Below are positions 1 to 8,386 of a DNA stretch of 32,000 nt, piece after piece. Under the pieces are notes generated by a model. That model saw only the letters and a list, made by a program, of their open reading frames with translations. It was not told where the DNA came from and made no database searches. Position numbers and translations under genes: made by a program. Position 1 is the first letter of the stretch. Every line of letters begins with the position of its first letter. Source of the DNA: Candidatus Heimdallarchaeota archaeon B3_Heim (lineage in GTDB: Archaea > Asgardarchaeota > Heimdallarchaeia > Hodarchaeales > Hodarchaeaceae); contig NJBF01000031.1 in NCBI GenBank assembly GCA_003144275.1, positions 1 to 32,000 on the forward strand, written 5' to 3'.

Positions 1-39
1 AAATGAAAAGGGCAAACCCTGTGAAATGGATTTGCCCTT
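1..39 (-). terminator. Bacterial-style intrinsic terminator candidate (12-bp stem, 8-nt loop, U-rich tail)
   Basis: Minus strand reads AAGGGCAAATCC-ATTTCACA-GGGTTTGCCCTT-TTCATTT. Arms 8-19 and 28-39 pair with one G-U wobble. It lies about 200 nt downstream of the stop at 239. Confidence 0.6.
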
Positions 40-238
40 ATTGAAAAACAATATCCCAAAAATTATGAGGCCCTGATATTTGTGCCTTCATAGCAGCAAA
101 CTGTACCACCGACATCCTGAGAATGTTAATCCCATAAAAAAGACGGGGTCATTTCTGGCCCTACCCAGATTGTTCTTCGAGTATTATCTATCTTCGCTTC
201 GTCTGTCGGAATCAGCTTCCTCACGTGAAAAGTATAAT

Positions 239-1312
239 TTATGAAGCTCCGTGGCCGAGGAACTGATGATATTCATCATGTGAAAGTTTTCCGTCATCAT
301 TCAGATCGATTGCCTCAAACTTTACCTTATCGTCACCATAAATTTTCTTGAACTCTTGAAAGGTCACTTTTCCATCTTTGTCTGCATCAACAGTTCTGAA
401 ACAAATATGGCTTTTTTCTTCGTTACCAAAAACAAAGAATAGATTTCCAAATTCTTCTTTATGGATTTTTACCATTTCAGGTAATTTGGCAATAGGATGT
501 GATCCCCATAGAGAAAATCCGTAAAAATGTTTCTTCTCATTCTCTTGTAGGATTTTAAAAAGAGATGGTACTATTCTATACGATACTTTCGAGATACCTT
601 TGAAGAATGTACTTTGCACTTGTTCGACCACTTTTTTTACGATGTTGTTTTCATCAGTTAACAAGATTGTAGATTTAAACGTTAAAGCCAAACGAAAAAA
701 GTCAGCAATTTCTTGAATAGTATAGGGAGAGTATAGTATCAATGTGGGTGAAGCATTTTGTCTCTCAATAGGAGAAATTGAAAGTGATTTTTCCCCTAAG
801 CGTACTTTTATAGGTATTTTTCCGTTCTTTGTCTGATTTCCCCGTCTAACTTCTAAATATAAGTGAAAATTAGCTTTGGGATTATGAATAATATTTTTCT
901 TCCTTAATCGGTCAATAATGGCTTTCTTATGAAATGGAACGCGTCCAAAGGCCTGATAATTGACATCTACGTTAACGTTTTCCGTATGCTCAGAAATAAA
1001 ACTTTCCAAACTCGTTAATAATTGTGATAATGAATATGTTTCAAATTCAAATTGGTTTTGTAAAAAGACAACAAGGGTATTTACTCCTGGATTCTGGAGG
1101 ATTATGTCACGTACGTCTGACGCAAGGTAGGTGCTATTAAATAATTTAATTAATAATCGATATCGACTACCCCAAGTGTCATTTATAATACTGATTGATT
1201 TTGAATATTTGCGTAGAGTACGAGTTAAATCCTTTGCAATGGTTTCTTGTTCTTCATGAGTTACAAATCTAGCGAGCTTCACTAAAAGGAAAATCATCAA
1301 GGAATCGTCCAA
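239..1312 (-). CDS. THUMP-like + truncated SPOUT methyltransferase fused in frame to a two-EF-hand domain (possible chimera)
   Basis: IHNPKANFHLYLEV resembles the end of a THUMP domain. LILYSPYTIQEIADFFRLALTF and LFFVFGNEEK resemble SPOUT motifs 1 and 2. These are followed by EF-hand loops DADKDGKVTFQE and DLNDDGKLSHDE. Confidence 0.55.
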   Translation of the reverse strand: MDDSLMIFLLVKLARFVTHEEQETIAKDLTRTLRKYSKSISIINDTWGSRYRLLIKLFNSTYLASDVRDIILQNPGVNTLVVFLQNQFEFETYSLSQLLTSLESFISEHTENVNVDVNYQAFGRVPFHKKAIIDRLRKKNIIHNPKANFHLYLEVRRGNQTKNGKIPIKVRLGEKSLSISPIERQNASPTLILYSPYTIQEIADFFRLALTFKSTILLTDENNIVKKVVEQVQSTFFKGISKVSYRIVPSLFKILQENEKKHFYGFSLWGSHPIAKLPEMVKIHKEEFGNLFFVFGNEEKSHICFRTVDADKDGKVTFQEFKKIYGDDKVKFEAIDLNDDGKLSHDEYHQFLGHGAS

Positions 1313-1421
1313 AATCGTTCTAAAATGATTACAATTACTGAGGAGAATATATGGAGGTTTGAAATAAATCTTCGTTACCGATCCTCCTCCTCATATTTTA
1401 ACACTTCGGAGATAATTTAAG

Positions 1422-2483
1422 ATGAAATTAAAAATCAATGGAGAAGAAGTTGATTTACCAGCGGTCTGGTGGAATTCTGAGCAAAAATTGGTTCAGCTGA
1501 TTGATCAAACAAAGTTACCTTTTCAGATCTCAATTCATTCCTGTTCTACTTATCGCGACATAGTAGAGGCAATAAAGTCAATGAAGATTCGTGGGGCCCC
1601 CTCAATAGGTGCTACTGCCGCCTATGGATTGGCACAAGCAATAAACGAATTTTGGGGAGAGCCAGAATATTTGACAAAAGTTTCTTTAGCTTATGATCAG
1701 TTATTATTATCACGACCCACTGCTGTTGATTTGAAAAACGGTTTAGATCATGTAAAAAAAACTTGGGTGGTCTCTCCAGACGAAGCTATTGTACAAGCCC
1801 AAAAGTTTGCACACAATATATCTATGCAAGGAAAAAAAATAGGGGAAGTAGGAAAAAGTTTAATCAGAGAAAGTATGAACATTCTCACTCATTGTCATAC
1901 AGGCGCGTTAGCATTAGTCGATCACGGATCCGCTATAGCTCCATTAATAGCTTCTTGGGAGGATGGTATGCGTTTTCATGTTTATGTTGATGAAACACGG
2001 CCCCGGATGCAAGGAAGGCTTACTTCATGGGAATTGACTCAATATGGAATCGATCATACTGTTATCTGTGATTCAGCAAGTGGTCATCTTATGTCATCAG
2101 GCAAAGTAGATCTGATTATTTTAGGAGCAGATCGGGTAGCAAAAAATGGTGATATAGCAAATAAAATAGGAACTCATAATCTAGCTGTAATTGCCAATCA
2201 CTATTCTATTCCATTTTATTCTGCTTTTCCCGATACCACATTTGATATCAACACCTCTACAGGCGCAGAAATAACGATTGAAGAACGTAATCCTCAGGAA
2301 ATTTACGAAGTACGAGGATTATCTAAAACAAAGAGAACACGGATTTCTGTCTCAGTTTATAAGGAGAATACACATTTTTATAATCCTGCTTTTGATGTCA
2401 CGCCAGCTGAATTATTAAGTGGCTATATCACTCCTCATGGGATACTATCAAAGGAAGATCTTGGTCAAGTTTATTCAAACTAG
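1422..2483 (+). CDS. mtnA: S-methyl-5-thioribose-1-phosphate isomerase (MtnA / eIF2B-alpha-like family)
   Basis: Motifs IDQTKLP, IRGAPSIGATAAYG, SRPTAVDL, LTHCHTGALA, VDETRPRMQG, GADRVAKNGDIANKIGT, NPAFDVTP. Confidence 0.88.
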   Translation: MKLKINGEEVDLPAVWWNSEQKLVQLIDQTKLPFQISIHSCSTYRDIVEAIKSMKIRGAPSIGATAAYGLAQAINEFWGEPEYLTKVSLAYDQLLLSRPTAVDLKNGLDHVKKTWVVSPDEAIVQAQKFAHNISMQGKKIGEVGKSLIRESMNILTHCHTGALALVDHGSAIAPLIASWEDGMRFHVYVDETRPRMQGRLTSWELTQYGIDHTVICDSASGHLMSSGKVDLIILGADRVAKNGDIANKIGTHNLAVIANHYSIPFYSAFPDTTFDINTSTGAEITIEERNPQEIYEVRGLSKTKRTRISVSVYKENTHFYNPAFDVTPAELLSGYITPHGILSKEDLGQVYSN

Positions 2484-2589
2484 AGGAAATCGGAATAATG
2501 TTTATAGAACCTTTTTTATAAGATGAATCATAAATTCAACATAAGTAGCTCTGAAATCCAGCATAAAACAGCTGTGAGGTAGCATAATT

Positions 2590-2901
2590 ATGAAACAACT
2601 CATCAATCAAATTCGATCGACCGTTACTTTCTGTGGTTTTGAACTCGAAGCTATTACATCACATCAGAAATACATATCAATAGAATTACGCTCAAAGAAG
2701 AGATTTCGCAAAAAGAACTACACCCTAGGTGTTAGTAAGACCCTTACTGGGCTCTTAGCAGCAGAAAGAGAGCTATCTCGTGATTCTAAAAAGCAGATAT
2801 TACTTTTGGACCCGATTAACAATCTATTGGAACCAACATTATCAAAAAAAATAAAACTATTTCATGATTTTGATCAACTCCAAGTGTTTTTAAACCAATA
2901 A
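2590..2901 (+). CDS. Hypothetical protein, 103 aa
   Basis: ATG-started ORF that fills the gap between mtnA and the ATPase on the same strand. No recognisable motif. Confidence 0.6.
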   Translation: MKQLINQIRSTVTFCGFELEAITSHQKYISIELRSKKRFRKKNYTLGVSKTLTGLLAAERELSRDSKKQILLLDPINNLLEPTLSKKIKLFHDFDQLQVFLNQ

Positions 2902-2962
2902 CTCTTGTATTAATTTAGTAAACCAGCTGGTCGAATTATAACGAGAATTTGAGAGTTATAAT

Positions 2963-4375
2963 ATGGGCACATTTAGAAATATACTACCAGATGAATTTTC
3001 AAATTTTACAATTACAGATAAGAGTTATTCATTGCTGATTAAAGGACTGCCTGGAACTGGAAAATCAAGTTTGGCACTCGAGTTAATAGCTAGATCCCCT
3101 AATGCCTTTTTCATAAGTACTCGTATTGATCCAGAAGCGATTATTGAGGATGCTAGCTGGTTAGATGAAATTTTTCCTGAAGATCGTAAATACCCTTTTT
3201 TTATGGATGCTACACGGTCAGGTAAGGTTTCCAAAAATAAATCAATTCAGAAAATGAATTTTGAGACGATCCCCGAATTCGTTCAACAGCTTTTTACATT
3301 GGGATCAGATCTTCCTCATCGGATTTTTGTTATTGATAGTTGGAATGCAGTTATTGGGAATTTATCTGAAACTCAAATACACCATTGGGAGTCAGCAATA
3401 GTTCAAAGAGTTCAGGGAAAAAATGACAAAATAATATTCGTTGTAGAAGGTATTAAAGATTCTACACTTGACTGGATGGTCGATGGACATGCAATTTTAA
3501 GTAAAAGAAGTATTGTTTCTTCCCACGGTATTTCACGGCGAATTCGTGAGTTGTCTTTTCCTAAAATGAGAGGAATTGAGATTTATAACGAAACTTATCT
3601 CACGACATTAGCTAAAGGACGAATGAAGACATTTCCACCTTTTAAATATCGATTTCCAGCCATATTATTAAAATCTAAGACAATCCCCGACTCAGATGAA
3701 CAGCATATCTCGTCTGGATCGGTCGATTTTGACAACCTCCTAGGTGGAGGATTTCAGAAAGGATCCTATAATTTATTCGAAGTATCAACAATAGTCGGTG
3801 ATGGATTAGATATTATTCTATTTCCCCTCATTACAAACCATCTGAATAATAAACGCGCATTAATAAGCATACTGCGTGAGGGAATCACGTTTGATACTAA
3901 GAAACCATATTTTGATGTCTTTACTGGAAATAAGAATTGGGTCAAACAATCGATGAATTTTGAAAGATTTGTTCCTGGAGAAGAATCTCATAGAATCACT
4001 TTACCAGAGACCATTGAAGGATTACTAAATCGGATCGAAAATATCAAGGACGATTTTCGTAAGGATAACGGACAGACAATACTTATCAATATTGGACTGG
4101 ATGTCCTTGAAAATATGTACGGAATCCCAGCGTTAAATGAATTTATGGCAATTCTCGTTTCTAAAGCAAGGTTAGAGGGTGATGTTGTAGTGGGTTGGTT
4201 GAAGGAAAATCAAGAGTATCGTGGTGGAACAACAGCGGCCACATCGCATTGGAAAATTGATTTAATTAATCGTGCATTAGTTTTAGAAGGCATAATTCCT
4301 GCAACTGAATATTTTGCAATTGAATCAGTCCTAGTAAAAGGTTATATTGATTATACAATTACTCCTGTGCTTTAA
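2963..4375 (+). CDS. GvpD/KaiC-like RecA-superfamily ATPase with two domains, the second degenerate
   Basis: Walker A LLIKGLPGTGKS, Walker B IFVIDSW and KaiC-type RRIRELSFPKMRG. The second domain opens with ISSGSVDFDNLLGGGFQKGS but lacks the GKT/S. Confidence 0.8.
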   Translation: MGTFRNILPDEFSNFTITDKSYSLLIKGLPGTGKSSLALELIARSPNAFFISTRIDPEAIIEDASWLDEIFPEDRKYPFFMDATRSGKVSKNKSIQKMNFETIPEFVQQLFTLGSDLPHRIFVIDSWNAVIGNLSETQIHHWESAIVQRVQGKNDKIIFVVEGIKDSTLDWMVDGHAILSKRSIVSSHGISRRIRELSFPKMRGIEIYNETYLTTLAKGRMKTFPPFKYRFPAILLKSKTIPDSDEQHISSGSVDFDNLLGGGFQKGSYNLFEVSTIVGDGLDIILFPLITNHLNNKRALISILREGITFDTKKPYFDVFTGNKNWVKQSMNFERFVPGEESHRITLPETIEGLLNRIENIKDDFRKDNGQTILINIGLDVLENMYGIPALNEFMAILVSKARLEGDVVVGWLKENQEYRGGTTAATSHWKIDLINRALVLEGIIPATEYFAIESVLVKGYIDYTITPVL

Positions 4376-4400
4376 GAACAAACTATTAATTTAAGTTAAG

Positions 4401-6587
4401 GTGAGGAACTTGAACACTCCATCCCCACATATTAAAGAACTATCTGTAACCCTAAAAGGATGTATTGATTTATCAATCGAAAAAAAAACACAGGAAGCAA
4501 TTCATAATCTTTCTATTGATGAGAAATATCAGCTTTACTGGTTAATATCAAAGACAAAATTAGTCGATCATGACCTATTTGAAGTGGAAAATACCCTTTG
4601 GAATTCTATTAAAGGTATTTTTAATAGTGAATATTTACAAACCGTTCAGTTATTAGACCAACAGGATCGTGTATTAACCTTCGTTGAAATTGGGATATTT
4701 CTTGACTATCTGGATATTGAAGACTTCAGAAGCGTTGTTAGATACCTTTATACCCATAGTTTGGAACCAGAAATTACTATAACGAAGATTAATGGAAAAA
4801 TAGTTAATTTACTCATTTTTTTTGCATCCTCTGATGAAAATCCAATTGAAAAAACAATTTCCATGATTCGATTCATTGGAATTCCTCCTGCGGGGTTCGA
4901 TGAACTCAATCAAAAATTGTTAGCTACATTCCCGAAGCAGAAAAAGGCGCTGGAAGCCATTAATGAACTCCCGATCAGTGTATGTCAAAAATATCCAGAG
5001 TATATTCCAGAAATAGTCGAAAAGCTAGAATATGATTCAAATATTCCTATTCTAAAGCAATGGATTGATCACAACGCTTTAAATAACATCACTAAACAGA
5101 AAATAGCTCAGTTCACCAATAAATGGAATCCCCCAGATTATGAATCCAATGAAGAATTTTTTAAGAATCTATTAGTCCAACGGAAAGAAAATCAGATAGT
5201 ATCGATACCCCTTAGCCATGAAGCGTTTGTTAAGCCATTTATCAAAAAACTAAAGGCTAGTACGGTTCGTACCTCAGAATTACCTATCACGATCCCCACA
5301 GAACTTCTCCCTGGATATCTTGAAAAACTAGCTTATCCCATACTAAGCAAAGAAAAGATTATTGAGATTTTCTTTTTAGGGGGAGCACAAATTGGAACGA
5401 TGGGAATTTTAATTTCGACATCTCAGTCAAATATTTTGATAGATTATGGATTATCAGTAGCAAATTATCAAATTCCATTTTGGCATGAAGCTTTACCTAA
5501 TATTGATGCAATCTTCCTAACACATGCACATTTAGATCATTCGGGGGCTGTTCCTTTCCTGTTTAGTCAAGGTTATTCAGGGTACGTCTTTGGAAGTTCA
5601 ATGACCAAGCAATTGTCCAGTATTTTGTTATCAGATAGCCAAAAGCTTATGCAACAGAATTTCTCAACACCTGTTAATAGTTCAGATTATCGGTTCAAGA
5701 TTTTGTCACAGGAATCTAATGTTTATCAAATGTTAGAACGGTTCATTCCAATTAAATCAGGTGAAGAATATCAAATTACACCAGATATTACGATTAAACC
5801 ATTTAATGCACATCACATTCAAGGTTCATATTCGTACCAAGTTGAAAGTGGGAATAAGAAGGTTTTATTTACTGGTGATGTAAATTTTGATCCTTGTGCA
5901 TTGTTTCGTGGAAAAATGCCTAAAATACCCAAAGATTCTGATCTTTCAATTGTTGATAGTACTTATTACGGACAACCTGCGTTTGATCCCAGTGCACGAG
6001 ATAACCTTCTATTTCAAACAATAAGTGAATCAAAGAGAGTAATTATTCCTGCTTTTAGCGTAGGAAGAGCTCAAGAAATATTACTGAAACTTGAAAATGA
6101 AGGAATTACTAAAAATCATAAAGTCACCTTACTAGGAATGGCTTCAAAGGTTGCACGTTTATCTGGTCTCGTTACAAAAGCTCATTTCAGCGATCGACTT
6201 ATCCAACCCTTCGATAATGAGATAATTATTGCTGGAGGAGGTATGTTAAATGGTGGTCATGCTCGTAAGCTCGTTGAAGAAACAAAGGCTGATCCTGAAA
6301 CTTCTATTATTCTCTGTGGTTATCTTGCAAAGAATACCTTAGCATATCGCTTGCTTCACGGATTAGAGCCAAGTTACAAACAACAAATAGTTTATACACG
6401 ATTTAGTGCTCATTCGAGTAGTAACACATTGAAAAAATTTCTTTCTTCAGTGAAAGGAATGAAAGCCCTTGTCCATTTGGGTGAACTAACAAAAGATCCC
6501 TTTACACTTGCCAAGGAGAATAAACGTGGGCAACTTGGGGTGGGACCAATGCAAATTCCCCATCTTGGATCAAAAATAATAATTTAA
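4401..6587 (+). CDS. MBL-fold beta-CASP (CPSF-like) nuclease with a ~320-aa unknown N-terminal extension
   Basis: LGGAQIG, IDYG, THAHLDHSGA, NAHHIQGS, FTGD, DSTY, IPAFSVGRAQE, GGGML, GYLAKNTLA, FSAH, VHLGE. The catalytic domain starts near aa 321 (nt 5361). Confidence 0.85.
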   Translation: MRNLNTPSPHIKELSVTLKGCIDLSIEKKTQEAIHNLSIDEKYQLYWLISKTKLVDHDLFEVENTLWNSIKGIFNSEYLQTVQLLDQQDRVLTFVEIGIFLDYLDIEDFRSVVRYLYTHSLEPEITITKINGKIVNLLIFFASSDENPIEKTISMIRFIGIPPAGFDELNQKLLATFPKQKKALEAINELPISVCQKYPEYIPEIVEKLEYDSNIPILKQWIDHNALNNITKQKIAQFTNKWNPPDYESNEEFFKNLLVQRKENQIVSIPLSHEAFVKPFIKKLKASTVRTSELPITIPTELLPGYLEKLAYPILSKEKIIEIFFLGGAQIGTMGILISTSQSNILIDYGLSVANYQIPFWHEALPNIDAIFLTHAHLDHSGAVPFLFSQGYSGYVFGSSMTKQLSSILLSDSQKLMQQNFSTPVNSSDYRFKILSQESNVYQMLERFIPIKSGEEYQITPDITIKPFNAHHIQGSYSYQVESGNKKVLFTGDVNFDPCALFRGKMPKIPKDSDLSIVDSTYYGQPAFDPSARDNLLFQTISESKRVIIPAFSVGRAQEILLKLENEGITKNHKVTLLGMASKVARLSGLVTKAHFSDRLIQPFDNEIIIAGGGMLNGGHARKLVEETKADPETSIILCGYLAKNTLAYRLLHGLEPSYKQQIVYTRFSAHSSSNTLKKFLSSVKGMKALVHLGELTKDPFTLAKENKRGQLGVGPMQIPHLGSKIII

Positions 6588-6597
6588 AGATAATTTT

Positions 6598-7422
6598 CTA
6601 GTATTGATTTGGTTGACGAAGGTCTATCGTTGGGATAAATGACTTAGCGTCAGAAAGACAGGTCGGATCAAGAGTAGTGAATAATATTTCTTCTTGATCT
6701 GTACCTCTTAACAAAGTGTTGCCAAAGGGATCAATTACCATTGAATTCCCAAAAAATGAAGCTTCCTCATTTCCCCCAACACAATTGACTCCTGCTACGA
6801 AAATTTGATTTTCAATGGCCCTTGCTTTCAGCAATACTCTCCAAACATCATCCCTAGGTCGGGGAAACTCAGCCAAATAAATGAGACAGTCAGCACCTTT
6901 TAGTACTAAACGACGGCTAATTTCTGGATAGCGAATATCAAAACAAATAAGAACGCCAATGTTCATCCCATCGATATTAACAACTGCTTGTGTATTTGAA
7001 AGGCCAATCCTTTCACCGCTCATAAAGAAATTTGCCTCCTCCATCGGCTTCAGAGGAAATAGGTGGACCTTTCGATATTTTTTGAGTAATTTCCCAGAAG
7101 AATTAATAATTATGGCACAGTTATAGTAGAAACCTTCAAATTCCTCAATGATACTTGATATTAAATAAACTGAGTGTTTCTCTGCTAATTTTTGAAATAT
7201 TTGAGTTGATCTTCCTTCAGGGATTATTTCAGCAAGTTGCTTATAATTTTTTAAATCAAAACCAGTGGTACAGAGTTCTGGAAGGCAAATGATATGAGGA
7301 TTATCCCGTGAAACAGAGGTGATACTTTTTGCGATAAGAGAGTCAATTTTAGCTAAATTAACATCTTTTTGGCCAATTTTTATATCCATCTGCAATAAAG
7401 AAATACTAATTCTCTTTTTCAT
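6598..7422 (-). CDS. Carbon-nitrogen hydrolase (nitrilase superfamily, Nit/omega-amidase-like)
   Basis: E-K-C triad in LPELCTTGF, YRKVHLF and ICFDIRYPE; also ARAIENQ and FFGNSMVIDPFG. Confidence 0.88.
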   Translation of the reverse strand: MKKRISISLLQMDIKIGQKDVNLAKIDSLIAKSITSVSRDNPHIICLPELCTTGFDLKNYKQLAEIIPEGRSTQIFQKLAEKHSVYLISSIIEEFEGFYYNCAIIINSSGKLLKKYRKVHLFPLKPMEEANFFMSGERIGLSNTQAVVNIDGMNIGVLICFDIRYPEISRRLVLKGADCLIYLAEFPRPRDDVWRVLLKARAIENQIFVAGVNCVGGNEEASFFGNSMVIDPFGNTLLRGTDQEEILFTTLDPTCLSDAKSFIPTIDLRQPNQY

Positions 7423-8270
7423 AAAGAAACTTCTTCTGAGCTTTGATTTGGTTTCTTTTGGTAATTTTCAGCATAATAACGAACTATTAGAAAAATTACA
7501 AGCGCACCAATAGTCGAAGCACAAATTTCTATTATAGCTTGTAGCCATGTATCATAGATAAATTCAGCTTGAAAGATGAATAGAAAGAAGTCCCAGAACC
7601 CGTGAATGGCAACAGGGAAGATCAAATTGTAGCCTGTAATCTTGAAGGTATACGACAAAGTTAATCCAATAACAAAGGCACTAAATAGTATCGTAACCAT
7701 ATACCTTATTCCTCCATTACTCGCCGCTACTAGCCAGAAATGTAATAATCCGAATAGAAAAGCTGATATCAGGGCTGAATTCTGAAAAGAATATCGTGAT
7801 TCCAAAATCCTTTGTAAATACCCCCGAAAGAGAATTTCTTCACCGACTCCAATAAAGAAAATAGCTACAAATAGTGTTAGAAGTATCCCGAGTACATCAA
7901 GAAGCTCATTGATTATAATAATTTCAAAAAGCCACTCAATTATGACAGTAGGTATTAAACCTGCAAGAGCGATTGGAATACTTAGAAGGATCCATTCATT
8001 CGCCCTAGATTTATCCCATAGAAAACCAGTGCTTGTCATTTTAAGTCGATCCATCCTTAGAAAAACATACACAAGCCCGATACCCACGATCCCATTCATA
8101 GCTCGTTGAATATTCAACCTTATATTAAGGGGATAATCCTCTCCATTATTAAAGACCGTAGTTACTAAGGGGAGTACGAAGCTTTGAAAACTGAATATTA
8201 AAATGACACAGATCGAAAAGAAAAGAATGACACGAAGCCATAGGTCAAAAATTGAGTATTTCTTCATCAT
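7419..8270 (-). CDS. CPBP (CAAX protease/Abi-like) intramembrane metalloprotease
   Basis: Multiple hydrophobic segments with EEILFRGY, FGLLH and HGFWD motifs. Its stop overlaps the nitrilase start (ATGA). Confidence 0.85.
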   Translation of the reverse strand: MMKKYSIFDLWLRVILFFSICVILIFSFQSFVLPLVTTVFNNGEDYPLNIRLNIQRAMNGIVGIGLVYVFLRMDRLKMTSTGFLWDKSRANEWILLSIPIALAGLIPTVIIEWLFEIIIINELLDVLGILLTLFVAIFFIGVGEEILFRGYLQRILESRYSFQNSALISAFLFGLLHFWLVAASNGGIRYMVTILFSAFVIGLTLSYTFKITGYNLIFPVAIHGFWDFFLFIFQAEFIYDTWLQAIIEICASTIGALVIFLIVRYYAENYQKKPNQSSEEVSL

Positions 8271-8386
8271 TGATACCTCTGAACGACAAAAATGAGTCTT
8301 GTAGTCTTCTACAAGTAGTATGTTGAGTTATATTTTAAAGAGCTTGGGAATTAATAATTAATTGTGAACAATAGTAGTGGATAATT

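Noticed and set aside
1335-1400. tgaggag...ctcctca inverted repeat in the divergent promoter region
   Set aside because: Only 7 bp and widely spaced; indistinguishable from chance.
1422-2483. Translation factor eIF2B subunit as a eukaryotic signature protein
   Set aside because: Catalytic Cys/Asp and phosphate-binding motifs of the sugar-phosphate isomerase are intact, so the enzyme call is simpler.
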